Part shown: positions 40,219 through 53,276 of the stretch, in pieces
Layout: each line of letters begins with the position of its first letter
Position numbering within the stretch: the stretch's first letter is position 1
Origin: Trichosphaerium sp. ATCC 40318
Lineage: Eukaryota > Protista > Tubulinea
Direction: 5' to 3'
NCBI GenBank assembly: GCA_038496445.1
Contig: JALMLS010000285.1
Coordinates: 1-64,000 of the forward strand
DNA: 64,000 bases
The notes under the pieces: model-generated
Database searches by the model: none
Told to the model about the DNA's origin: nothing
Seen by the model: the letters and a program-made list of their open reading frames with translations, nothing else
Translations under genes and position numbers: made by a program

Positions 40219-40741
40219 TTACAGAGGGTACATTTTCCTGGCACTGCCATTCTCATTTTCATCTTCTTGTATTACGCCATCCATCTCAAACTTTGCTTTT
40301 TTGTGTAAGTCGTGAATGTGTCTGTAGAGCTCGTATTCGTGGCGTAGCAAGAGAGGGTGCAATGCGTCTATAGCCATTTTTTCACTCTCAGGGTAATTGA
40401 GGAAGTCATAGCACTCTTGAGGTATTTTACCACGTGTCTTGATCCCAGCGAAAGGGTCTGCCTGCTCTGTATGGATGTGATTAACAGACGGGGATAAAAA
40501 AAAATTAACTGCCGCATTTTTTGTGTGTTGGGAAGTGTTGTAGCACAGTGAAAGCGTAAAAGAGGCTATTTGACTCGAATAATAAAACAATTTGATAATT
40601 TGAAAGAAAATACACTCTACCTTCTACTTCTTGAGCTTTTGGGTCCTGTGCTTGCGCACACAAGCGAACTTGAGGAACTGCCCGTGCAACCCGTGTTTTA
40701 CTAATAGCATATCGCTTAGATAACGCTGAGCGTAGTAGCAT
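40219..40741 (-). CDS. Small hypothetical mitochondrial protein (2 exons)
   Basis: Arg/Ala/Ser-rich presequence MLLRSALSKRYAISKTRVARAVPQVRLC; second exon ADPFAGIKTRGKIPQECYDFLNYPE..; family not recognised, 3' end uncertain. Confidence 0.6.
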
Positions 40742-40927
40742 TATTGATACAACTAATACAGGTTAAAATCGCTTCAGGCGAATATAACAATAGTTTGCCG
40801 TGAGAAATTCGTACAATAGTCACGTACGTAGTGTTTGCGCTTGGTTTGGTTCAAAAAAGATAGCTTATGCGTCACTTAACCACAAGCGGTTCAGAAATTA
40901 CTTATTGTACAAAATTACGATTGGAGC

Positions 40928-42521
40928 ATGTCTGAGATAACGAACGAAGTTAATATTGTTTCATTGGAGGTTTGAGGCTAGCTTTTGACGGTTGACGCAT
41001 TAATACTCTCTCGCCAAGGCTATTATCAAAGCTCGCAAGCTAATCTTTGCGTCAAAAAACATTCCATTGATCCGAACGCCGTTATTACGCAATGTTCATA
41101 CTAGTTCATCGCTAAAGCAGTGCGCTTGTAATGTCAGCTTCAAACTGGAATCACTACAAACAATGGGCTCCTTCAAGACGCGAGGAGTGATCAACATGCT
41201 GGCTTCGACAACTAAAGAGAAAAACAAGAAACAACCCAAATTGGTACTAATTTAGTGCAAAATTGTATTTATTTTTACTACAACTTGTCAACCCCTTACA
41301 AAGGTGACAATGTCAGCTGGTAATTTTGGGCGCTCTTTTGCGTATTGCACGAACAGGTGGGACGGCCATACAACATCTACAAGGCTTATAACATTCCTGT
41401 AGTGCAAATATCGAGAGTATTGTCATTATGCCAGAGGATGTACCAACAGAACGTGTAAAGGCTATAGAAGGCTTCGGTTCTAAGGTAGACCTTTGCCCGC
41501 GGTCATCATTAATGAAGCGGTACGCGAAATGACCTTACTAATAGGGAGACTAGAACAAAAGTGTTCCCGTTTAAGTCTATGTCCAAAAAAATCACGTGAT
41601 TTTTTTTGTGGGTTATACACTCATTTGTAGTTCAGTGTAAACCGCTATTGTCAAGAAGATGGTGCAAAATTCGCGCATCCTTTCGATGATGAGGCACTTT
41701 TCGAAGGCTATGGTAAGAAGGCTGCGCTTAACAATACACAGGCGATTGTCACGGAGAACTCCGATCTCATAGTTCTAATACAGGCTCAATTGGTTTGGAA
41801 ATTCTAGAAGATTTGCCTGAAGTTGATATTGTAGTCGTTGGCGTAGGTGGAGGCGGTCTCATTAGTGGTTTAGCGGCTGCAATTAAGCAAGTACGTAATC
41901 TGCAGAGGTATTCGGCTAGTTAGGTATTAAATGAGTAGTCTCCGGGCGGCGAGAACGTGCGCATTATCGGTGTAGAGCCAGAAGGCTCCAACTCAATGTT
42001 CTTGAGGCACGCTTTTAAGCAAAGTGTGCAATATTGACCAAGGCTAGTATTGAGCAAGACAAAGCTGCACATATCACAGTGCGTTTTTTTGTAAGTGTTG
42101 AGAACACTATTAGCTAAGATTAGTACAATAGCCTCAGTCGTTCGTTAATGGGCTTTCACCACCTTTTGCAGGAGCAAAGGCATACCAACACGTAAAGAAA
42201 TTTGTAGAGAGAGTAAGTGAACGTGTTGCTACGGTCGTTTGACTAAAAGGGATAGGTGGTACTTGTGAGTGATGCTCAAGTGAAAGAAGCAATGAAGGTG
42301 TTCTTCAATGACTACAAGCTGGTTGTAGAGGCAAGCCACATTATAAACCGTACTTCGCAAAGTATTTCTAACGCTGTAGTAAATAGTCTGCGGGTGCTGC
42401 AGCACTTGCAAGTGTAATGTTTGGTAAGGTAGCAAATGTCGAAGGCAAGAATGTAGTTGTTGTGGTGTCTGGCGGTAATATTGATATTCAAGAATTAAAT
42501 AACATTGTAAAAGATAAATAA
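40928..42521 (+). CDS. PLP-dependent serine/threonine dehydratase / serine racemase family enzyme
   Basis: [84 protein letters not shown]. Confidence 0.93.
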
Positions 42522-42732
42522 AATAAAGTCGGCGCTCTTCAATTGTTAGTCCAAGTGTTATAAACTTTTGTAGTGATGAGAATACTGTTGTGTTACCCCA
42601 TTAAAGTAATTTTCTTGTATAAAACAGCTTTTGGGTCGTATAATATATGTAAAAAAATAATAACGTCAGTGTACAGATGCTTAGAAAAGCAGAATGGTGA
42701 TTTTTGTAACAGTTAAGTTTTAAACAACAAAA

Positions 42733-45033
42733 ATGTGTACATCACGTTATGGTAAATCTAGTAACGCAGCAAAAGTGAAGCCACATGGTAACCTTATTCT
42801 TTATCTAGCGTTTCTGACGCGTTCCGGTATAGTGTACCGTTACAGTAATTATGTTAGTGATTCTGTAGTCGTGGCTCGTAACAGTTCACCGAATGCATAT
42901 TTGTTTACAGGGAGCGTGTAGTAGGATAAAATACAAATTCGTGTCAAGCTATGCTTTGAACATGGCAAATCAGTTCGGTTCTTACGTATGGTCATTATTT
43001 TTAGTATTCAACATTATACCCATATGCGTGAAAGCACTACGCGCTCTTTCTAAAGATGATGCTCGAAGATGACAGAGGGAGCACCAACGGAGGTATTCGA
43101 GCTTGAAAATCTCTTTATATTAACTTTCTCGCGTCGTTTCAGGCGAGCACGTGTTAAATTGCGCTAAAATCGATGCAACAAGCAAAGAAAGTCAATCGAT
43201 ACAGATAAGACTAGACAAAGCAGAAGAAGACCTACCCTATGGTAAGGTAAGGCACTTGTTGCAACGAGTTTAGCTTTGCCTTTGTTTGTAGTGTTGAGAA
43301 CAACTTTTTTGTAAAAAGTACTTGTGTAGTTTGTCTTTTTGTTTTTTGGTTGGTTTCTACTTTTCCCTTTTCGTGTACGTAATACCCATTAGGCCCCAGA
43401 ACTCAATGGTATTGTCGTTTTGGAAGGAGCTTGCCCTGTACCGATGCTATTCCCAGTGGATTTGTGCTTTGTCCTAGATATTAGTAAAAGCATGGGCACA
43501 CATGACAGGAAAAACCGTTTGTGTTCAGCAATTCTGGCGTCGTTGGAAAAGATTGTTGACAAGAAAGTTGAACATCGAGTCGCTATAGTAGTTTTTAACC
43601 ACGAAGCGAATGTACTATTCGACTTAGCACCATTAACTCACACGTCTTTGAAACTCATTGAAAAAAAATTAAACTCTTTGGTTCCTTTTGGTTCCACTGA
43701 CATTGGCAATGGATTGTGGCAAGGTTTAAAAACTTTACAGGATGGCGCTTCAAGCAGGGGATCCCGTTTGTGCATTCCCGCTCTGCTATTATTTACGGAT
43801 GGTCATACAAACAGAGGAGTACAACCGCAAGACCTAATTCCTCAACTGAAAGAAGTATCTGGGTTAGATGGGTTGGTAATACACACTTTTGGCATGGGTT
43901 TAGAGCACAATTCTTGGCTAGCACATGGTATCGCAGTAATGTACAAGGTACACAAAAGAACTTCTCTGCCTCCAAAATTTATTTTCAAAAGATATCACGT
44001 GATAAAATTTTTTTTGAGTAATTTTATTCGCACTTTTTTCTAAGTCTTTTTAGGGATTGTACTTTTTTGTAGCCGACGACGATGAACTATTTGTAGATAA
44101 GATACTAGAAGTGCTACATGATTTGACATCGAATCACTTGCGAAACATATCTGTAAGACTTGAGGCTCAAAAAGGTGCTCGAGTTACTCTTGTAGCAACA
44201 CCTTACACTGTAAAGACACTTCAACCAGCCAAAGTACGATCTAAAACATTGTCATTCATTAATCTAACTTGAGCTAGTTGTACGAGGTAAACGTTGGAAA
44301 TCTACAGCTTGGTGAAGTCAAAACAATACTCTTAAAATTTTCTTTGCGCCGAATGCCAGAGCGCATGCCTCAACACCACCTCATGAAAGTCACTGTAACA
44401 TATCAAGAAGCCCATGGGAGAATTAACCAGGCATCCGAAGATATTTCTGTTAGTCGTATGAAGCGAAAAGGCAAAACATCAAAAAGAAGTGCCAGCAATC
44501 ATCCTCGACTCCACAACTACATTAACAAGTAAGTCTCACCCAAAAAGGAGTATACCTAACTTGGTTCTAGATACACATTTGCACTTGCTCTTCAAAAAGC
44601 GCTTCGCTATGCTACCAACGGAGAGTATACCGCAGCAACAAAGGAGCTTGCCATTGTAATTGACATGATTTTAAAGACACCTTTCGCTGAAGCATCAGCA
44701 CTTTTGATTAAAGACATTAAAAAGTGTCAAGAATACTTGAAAAGTACGTCAATGTTCGACTGTTACACCCTCTAAGACTGTGTAGATACTTCTAGTTTCT
44801 CAATAAACCAATACGCCGCTTATAGCATGCTCACAAGGTAGCAATAACGATTCTTCTCAGTGACTTACAATTTTTCTTCAAGGTATTTAATGAAGACGGA
44901 ACTTTGTCCTATCATGCAAAGTGAAACAAATAAAAATCCACTCACATTATCGAGTGCAACTGATATAGGCAACGCTTCACCAATTAGTCGGTCAATGAAT
45001 TATGTTGAAGATGTTCTACAACACGCCGCGTAA
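42733..45033 (+). CDS. von Willebrand factor type A domain protein (with Vwaint-like C-terminus)
   Basis: PVDLCFVLDISKSMG (MIDAS), RVAIVVFN, GSTDIGNGLWQGL, LLLFTDGHTNRG, IHTFGMG, VGNLQLGEVKTIL. Start is uncertain (42733 or ~43056). Confidence 0.85.
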
Positions 45034-45114
45034 GATTATCCTATACCATTGTAATAAACTGACGTGATATGCTCGCTATTTTAAGTTAACCGTTTTCGTT
45101 CAAGTCATTAAAGT

Positions 45115-48100
45115 ATGAACATACCAATAATGCGTCTCCTACTCGTGCTTATACTTGTGGGGTGCGCTTGCAGTCAACGTACTGTGCTTTTGAGCGAAGT
45201 TTCGATAGTTCCAGACACAGAAGAGTTTATCGAGCTTTATAACCCTACGGACGCGTCTGTGGACCTCTCTAACTATTACCTAACCACTGACACCAATTAC
45301 TGGCAAACACCTGGTGCGGACTATCTTGCTTTCTATTATATCCGCTCTTATTCGTTGATTAGGTATCAATGATACAGGTGTGTCTGTTTTTACGACAGCC
45401 AGCAATTTTTTATCCCAGTTTCCTGCTGGAGCTTCGATTGGCGCTAGAGACACTGCTGTTATCGCTGTAGACCCAAGTATCTACAGTGGCGAGTATGATT
45501 ATAGTATAAAAGCCTCTATTGTAGGTGTAGAGATGCGTAACGCATTCCCTGATGCATTTAATACATCTCTTGCGTCCTTGAACGATGTGGGAACTGTACG
45601 TGCTTGGAACCGCCACCTTATATTCTTAATGCGCAGTAGGCCGTATTTCTCTTTTTTTGGGACGGCATAACCGATTTGATAACTGACGTTGATATTGTGC
45701 GCGTTGGTTCACCATCTACGACCAACGACATCTCTCCAAAGTTGTCGGTTGATGGTCCGGACGCTGATTCCGTTGCATCTGCTTACCTAGCAGAGAATAA
45801 CATAACCACCACCTCAACTATAGTACCAACAAGTGGCTCAAGCGCAAAGCGCATTAATCTAGAGCTGGGCTTCCAGGTGCGGCTGATTTTTCCCAAACAA
45901 CTGTAAAGTATCAAATCGTTGATCAGCAATAGTCAGAGGTAGATGGTAATGGTTTATTCGGCGCTGATGAAACAACAGAATCGTTTGATCCTACTTGGAC
46001 AGTAACAGATGTATTAACACCTGGTAACGATGGTATGTTTTACGCTTATTGTAAGTAACTATTGTTGCTTATTTTTTTTTTATAAGACATTCGCATCAGA
46101 CATCTTCTCATTAGCGAGGTGGCCACCGAGGCAACCAATCAAGCTTTTATTGAGCTATATAATCCTAATGACTTTACTATATCTTTGGATAACTACTACG
46201 TCGCTACAGACGTAGATTATTTTAAATTACCTGGTAACAATAATGATTTTACTTTTAATATCAATACTCATTTCCAGGTTTAGATACTGCAGCTAATTTT
46301 TCATCTGATCACTTTATTGTTTCTTTTCCATCTGGAGCCGAAATATCTCCACGTGCTATTATGGTACAATAATAAATTTGGTGGTCCAATCGGCGCTCAC
46401 AAGGCGCGTAGGTGATTGCTATAAATGGGAGTGATTTACCAGCAGACTACGAAATTGCGTCTGTAAGTGCAACACCTGATATGGTTGGCACGGTTGGCGC
46501 AAATGTTACAATTCAAGATGCTGTTGTATGATTGATTTTTGGTATCATTGACAATGCCTTTCTAAGTAAAGATATTTAGGTTGTTACTCTGTTTTACTGG
46601 AATTCGGTATCTGATCTTGTCTCTGATGTTGATATTATTGCCATTGGTACAATAGGAGTCACTAATAAAGGTTCTACATCAATTGACGGTCCTGATGCTG
46701 ACACAACGGCTTCAACATACTTGAACGATGCTCTTACAATTCCACAGGCAAGATTACTTTGCTATTTTCCTATGCTAATAGGTATCAGATTGCTTTAGCT
46801 CCAGGCGCTGCAGGATCTATCAAAAGGATAAGAGATGATATTTCAGTTGAGCTACAGATGAATGGCAATGGTATCTTCGGATTTGATGCAACAAGCGAAG
46901 ATACTCTTGTTTCTTGGAGGATTAACTCAGGCGTTACACCAGGCGTGACTGGTTCGTATTCTTTTGTATTAGATTATTTTTAATATTGAGACTCTATTAG
47001 ATATTCCAACAGAGGCGCCTTCAGTGCATGTACACCTCACAGAGATAAGCGTTGCTACACCCGGAGAAGAGTTTATTGAAATATACAACCCTAATTCCGT
47101 TGCAGTTCAACTTGATAATTATTTGATCTCATCTGATGCGTCTTACCCATCCTACCCTTGTACGTCCTCAACATCACAGTAAAATCTAACTCAGGCAAGC
47201 TGGTGTTGCAGGAGGACCTAACCCATCGTACTCGGCCGCGTTTGATACTGGAGCTTTCTTATTGGGATTTCCAATTGGATCAACAATACAACCCAATTCT
47301 GCCGTTGTTATTGCTGTATGTTGCATGAGAATTTTTTAAGGGAGCTCAAGAATTATTAGGCTAATGGCCTTGTTTGGCTAAGCAATAACAGTTTCGTACC
47401 ACAGTTCGAAATGCAAGGCACTTCACCTGTTGTAACTGATATGACAAACCCAGTTAACATGTCTGGTACTCAAATTAGTAGTATCGCTTTTAGAGCATCA
47501 GGACAGGTACCATCAACTTAGTTTTGGTACTTTGCACTCATAAAACAACAGATGGTTGCACTATTTCACCATGCGCCTGGTGCTGATCTTGTCAGTGATG
47601 TAGATATCGCTGTTATCGGATCCATTGGTGGTACCACACTTGCTGTACCTGATAAGTCTGCACTATCTGTTGATGGTCCAGATGTGAACAATGCTACATC
47701 GGCTTACAAAGCAGATTCTATGACACTCCCGCAAGTAAGTGAATTAAGTGTTTATTGTGTGACTAAGTATTGTAGTCCTTTACATCACCTGTAACAGGCT
47801 CTGCAAAAAGGCGTCGTCTTGATGGTTCTTTTGAAGTACAAAATGGTGGAAACGGAATAAATGGGTTTGACGCCACAACTGAAAACCTCACCTTGACATG
47901 GGATACTCTAGCTTTCAGTGCACCTAGTCCTGGTGTCAATGGTACTGGTCCATAGATTCACGATTTTGTACTAAAATTCTAAACTAGAACTTGGTACAGA
48001 CCCTCTACAACCGCTCGCGCCAACAACTGAGGCGCCTACCGTAACTCCGACTGATGCACCAAGCACTCCTGCAGCAACTCCAACTGCTCCTGTGAGGCCA

Positions 48101-50058
48101 CCACCTGTACTTAAACACCACATTCTGCGCCCTGTTCCTTACCACAAATTAGGTATCTCCACCTAGCTCAGGGTTGCACCTTCATATCACCGAAATAGCA
48201 ACGCAACCACTAGCTGGAGAGTTTATTGAAATTCACAATCCAAACGCTTTTTCAATAAGTCTAGAAGGGTATTACTTGTCAGATGACAGCCGCTACTTCT
48301 TGCTTCCTGGTACTACAACATTAACAACATTCTGTTTTATTTGTCACTCACGTTATGGTAAGGTAACTTCGAACCTGCTGTTGGTCCAGCCTCATCTCTA
48401 TTGGATTCCAACTTTATTGTTGGATTTCCTCCTGGAGCTACAATTCCTGCAAATGGTGTTTTGGTTATTGTCACAGATGGTACGAATTTTACTATTACAG
48501 TGTGGCATTTATTAATTAATGACTGATAGGTAACTTATGGGAAAACGCTGATAGTGCGTTATTAAAACAAGTCATAACTAAAAACAAAATGTTAACACTT
48601 TATGACATTAGGCGTTACAGCAGATTATGAGATTCGTGGTACATCTATTGATATTCCAGATCTTACAAATCCACTTGGAGAAAACCTTGCATCTGTTTCC
48701 ATCACAGATGGTGGTGATGTAAGCAAAAGAACATTTTTCTTTTGGTGTCATATCTTAACTAAGATTTTGTTGTAGTCCATCTATTTATTCTTCTGGGATA
48801 GTGACTCTGATCTTGTTCTTGATGTTGATATTGTTGTTGTTGGTTCTCCAAAGTCTTTTAATGATGTACAACAATGTATTTCTTAATACAGCCTACTAAA
48901 GAAACGTGTAGGTAATTGATAAGCAAACACAAACTGTTGATGGTCCGGACGCTGATACGACACCCTCAGCATACAGTCGAGACACTCTGCAATTTCCAAA
49001 GGTATGTTGAATGCTAAGTGACAACTATTTAACCGTTATTAAGCCTTTGGGTGCTGATCCTGCAATCTTTTTTTCTGCAAAACGTACACGTTTGGATTCC
49101 ACATATGAAATACAGGTAATAATGTTTGTGGTTTACAAATTCTTTTAATTTCTATCTGACTCTTTCTGATAGCTTGGTGGTAATGGTTTGTTTGGATATG
49201 ATGCCACAAGCGAATACTACCTTCTTACGTGGGATACAGAAGGTGGTTTTTCCATCCCTACACCAGGCATTGTCGGTACGAGCTCCTACAGTTTTTTTTG
49301 TGGTTCTTGGCTACTTTTTTGTTAATGACATCAAATTCTACCTTAGAATCGTATCCACGTATTCCACTTCCTGATGATGCATCATTTGATCTCTTTGAAG
49401 ATTTTACAATGACTGTAAGAACAGAACAAATATTGACTCAGACAGTCCTCAACCTTGTGTCAAACTTCATTGCTAGCGAATTACAAGTTGGTACTCTTCG
49501 TGTTAGGGCGTATTTATCAGCACCAGGTGTAATCACTTTCCAAGTTGCAGAAGGTACCTACTCCATGTTTTTAGTGTTATTGTTTCTCTACTTGATCTCT
49601 TATACGATTATTCTAAGGCACGCCTGATGCTTCTACTGTGCTGGCACCATTTTATTGTGAAAAAACAAGCCTCGTTAGTGGCATGTTGTCCAAGTTTGAC
49701 ATTTCTGTGCTCTCTTGCGTATTACCACCTGTACCACCGCCTACACTTGCCCCTACACAAGCACCTGTACCACCACAGAGTGAACCTGATGTTGGTGTTG
49801 AAAGTACGTCACAGTTTTTGCATAGGTATCTAGTATTGACATATTTTTGCAGCTCTAACAAAATCTATTCCGGCATGGTACATTGTTATACTCATAATTG
49901 TTATTATTGCGATTATTGCAGTGGTCATTGTACTTGCATACCTTCTTTATAAACGCTGGCAGCTCTCTATTGAAGATGATGTACCAGAAGAGTATGAAAT
50001 TGAAATGGACGAAGCTTCAATGGAAGACGTTGAATTGGACGAATCAGAAGTTGTGTAA
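45115..50058 (+). CDS. Type I membrane surface protein with four tandem lamin-tail-domain (LTD)-like modules
   Basis: Signal peptide; 4 repeats of (H)LxxxEV..EFIExxNP....LxNYY..FPxGAxI..LFxW...DLVxDVDI..xDGPDAD....Y..KR..GNGxxGxDxTxE..W..TPG; PT-rich linkers; TM WYIVILIIVIIAIIAVVIVLAYLLY; acidic tail. Confidence 0.85.
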
Positions 50059-50337
50059 AAAGAAAAAACAAGCGTAGAAATAAATAAATAAACACAGATT
50101 ATTTAGCCTTTTCGTGAACGCGAAATTTCATCATTTTTTCATGGAATTTCTAGATAAAAGCTAATGAATTCTGTATCGACAGATGACATTTGTTGTTGCG
50201 AGATGCCCTCCAAATACCTTTGATATGTACCAATGCAGTGCGTAGGACTGACTTTAGCCTAACGTCGTTTTTCTTTCACGCAGGTTTACTACCAAAATGC
50301 GTTACTTTTTTTCCACAATTTTATTAATAAACAACAC

Positions 50338-50734
50338 ATGCCGTATACCCTTACCATCTCAGCAATAAAAAACGTAGATAGCATAGAAGATCTATCGATT
50401 CGGCTTGGATTCAAAGGTGCGTACCAACATTTGCGTCGCAGACCACCTGTTGTTGCTTTTAGTAACACGTGTGCTCCGGCATTAAATTATATTTTTTTAA
50501 ATGACCTTAGGAAGCTACTATGACGCCGAGTATGATCTGCAGAAGAAAGAATGGATTATACAGCGTATATCCTGGCCAGTAGGAATAATAGGGACGTTGA
50601 CATTACAATCTGATGGTCTACTATACAGATGCTTTATTCCACATGTTAAAGATAAGAAACGGCGATGGGTAACAATGGAGCGGCAAAAACGTACGATATT
50701 TGGTGTCAAAATGTGGTTTGACATTGATGTTTAG
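50338..50734 (+). CDS. Small hypothetical protein (~100 aa, 2 exons)
   Basis: MPYTLTISAIKNVDSIEDLSIRLGFKG, GT-AG intron, SYYDAEYDLQKKEW..KMWFDIDV*; frame is preserved across the intron. Confidence 0.6.
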
Positions 50735-50974
50735 AAAACTTTGTACAGAGTAACTCACGCACAACCCAAGTACTAATAAAGCTGAAAATATCTAAAGACA
50801 AGTTGAAAAGACAAAGATCTCAAACGTTGTAAAATAAAAAAAACACGTGTATGTGAGTACACTTTAAATGCCCGCAATGCCTAGAATAACAGTTAAAGGA
50901 CGCCGACATCTTATCTAAGACTTAATTCAAGTGGTTTTCTGGCACATAAGTCAACTTCAGGCTACAAAACGTTC

Positions 50975-52659
50975 ATGGCCACTGATGAACCAATTGATTG
51001 GTCCAAATTAGACAGAAAAGCGCGTCGGTACGCATACAGTAAGTTACAAATGTAACCTCGTACAGGAAACTGAAAAAGAAAATAAAACGACAAAATGAAA
51101 AGAAAGCCCTTGCACAAGCACCTGAAACCATAAAAGAACGAGATACTACTGATATAATTGAACGAGAGAAAGCAAATTCAGAAGCCGTTGTTGCTGAGTG
51201 GGAAGCAAGAGAAAATGCGTTCCAAGAGGCTCTTAACAAGCAAAGAGAGGCTGAGAGAGTAGCTAGAGAGGCAAAAGAACGAAAGGTTGATAACTGCATC
51301 CTTAAATTACACTTTTTGTTTTTTATTTAACGTTTTTTCGTACTTCTTAACTCTGCAGACGCGTTAGCATCTAATGATTGCTGTTTTGCAAAAGCGCAAT
51401 GCAATTTCTTTTATCGAAAAACAATAACACGCGTGCACGCCTTATAACATCATTGCAAGAACCGAGAATGGAAAGAGAAACGTGCAGCACGTATAAAACA
51501 AAAAGAAGAACAACGCGCACTTGAAGAGGCTAAACGTGCGGAAGAGCTTAGCGAGACTCATTTACCGTATGCTCCTGAAGGCTACAAAATCAACGAAGAT
51601 GTCTCTGTTGTTTTTGAAGAAATGCCAATGGGCACGCCAGCACCAAACAACGAGCAAGCGTATGATTGGCGCAAGGTATAATAACTTAACAGAGTGTCAA
51701 GAATACTAACTAAAAATTAAAACAAAAAGGATAAATGGAATTGCTCATTTTATATGCGTACAGGCGCTTGTAGATACGGTAACAGCTGTAGCAAGATTCA
51801 CCCAGTGCCAGCGCAGTCTAAAGTAATTGTTATACATGGTTTCTATAGCCATGGGCTTGGCTTAGCTGCTGTATGTCCTCAACACAATATAATTTACTTT
51901 TATCATTTTTATGGAGACTCACTACGATTTAGGTTCATGACAAGGAGGATGACGATCTAGAATATGAAGAGAGCGAACGTTATAAGCACTTTGAAGAGTT
52001 TTTCTATGATGTGTTACCAGAGCTAGAACGTCATGGTAAAATATCAGTTTTACACGTAAGTTTTCTTTTCTTTTTGTTGACTTATTTGTTGGCTTATTAA
52101 ATAACAGATTTGCGAAAACAATGCTTCTCACCTTCGTGGTAATGCTATCATCGAGTATGAGACATTTGAAGCTGCAGAACGCGCTCTGGAAGCAATGGGA
52201 GGTCGATACTACGCAGGTCGCAGTCTGGTTGTTGAGTTCTGTCCAATTCAGGATTGGCGACAAGCAGTTTGCGGTATGCATAGCCGTGGAACTTGTCCGT
52301 GGGGTACGCTATGAGTAGCACTCGCTAAGACTAATTGATGTTTGTATGTAGGCAAAAAATGCAATTTTTTACATGTTTATAAAAATCCACGTGGTTTGTA
52401 CGGAGCTGCTTCACGGGGTCGGCGACCAGACCACTACAGACCTCAACGTGATGAAAAAGAGAACAATAGAAGATATCGACAACATGACAGGCACAGACAA
52501 AGGCCGCCTAGAGATAACAGAAGTAGAGACAGACGAAATGAGCGTCGGAGGAGTAGAAGCCGAGATCGTTCTAGAAAACGAAGGAGAGATATAAGTAAAG
52601 ACAGAACCGGTCACAGGCACCCAGAACGCAAACGTAAACGTACTGATACAAAAACATAA
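50975..52659 (+). CDS. ZRSR2: U2AF35-related protein ZRSR2/URP (minor spliceosome 3' splice-site factor)
   Basis: Long charged N-terminus (absent in U2AF35), CCCH CSFYMRTGACRYGNSCSKIHPVP, UHM DDLEYEESERYKHFEEFFYDVLPEL..HLRGNAIIEY..GRYYAGRSLVVEFCPIQDWRQAVCG, CNFLHVYKNP, RS tail. Confidence 0.92.
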
Positions 52660-53087
52660 CATATATGTGCTACTGCAAGCTTGGCTGAGCTAGTTGTAAA
52701 TAAATTTACTTGCAATACAAGTATTAAAAAAGAGCACGTGTTAGAACAAATATAATTGCGGTACAACAATTATCCGTTCTGAGCAAGGTGGATTTGACAT
52801 TAATAGCAACCTGACAACTCAGTAACTTAAAATACAACATTTATTTTTTTGCAATAAACCATAACGTCTAGAGTTTGTGAAATTTATGAGCCGTTAGGTT
52901 GATTCTAAGAGCTGCAACTTAAACTGTTAATTTGAAACGGTTAGCGCTTGATTAAAGTCTGCAACTCTCCACTCTCGTGTTGATCTTCAATTTGAGTCTT
53001 GCTTTATCATTGTTAATCTCGCGGCTACGTTAGTTGGCACTCGTTCTTCTTCGCCAAAATTGTCGTGTTTGTGAGTTGTAACTGTCT

Positions 53088-53275
53088 CCAGGAGCACTGC
53101 AACCCGTTCGCAGCTCGACGGACAACTTCTTTGACTTTGAACGTTCGTGTAAAGAGTTTCAGACATCCTACGGATTCATGTCGCGTTAGCGCCAATTTTT
53201 TTGACGTGGCGTGTTGGTGTTTGATTTCTACTTCTAAATCTTTACGTTGGGCCTCAGACTCTTTGTGTTTGGCGT
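53088..53275 (-). pseudogene. Diverged partial duplicate of 54180-54372
   Basis: caggagcactgcaaccc/tgttcgcagct..ctttgaacgttcgtg..aaagagtttcaga shared between the two loci; indels present; lies downstream of the stop at 53277. Confidence 0.55.
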
Positions 53276-53276
53276 G

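Noticed and set aside
42125-42150. Apparent 13-nt non-canonical intron in the dehydratase (TIAS|GLSPP)
   Set aside because: The canonical acceptor ACAATAG ending 42131 gives an in-frame [14 protein letters not shown].
50868-50918. Alternative ZRSR2 start MPAMPRITVKGRRHLI
   Set aside because: Ends in a stop; the ATG at 50975 gives a spliced in-frame N-terminus. At most a uORF.
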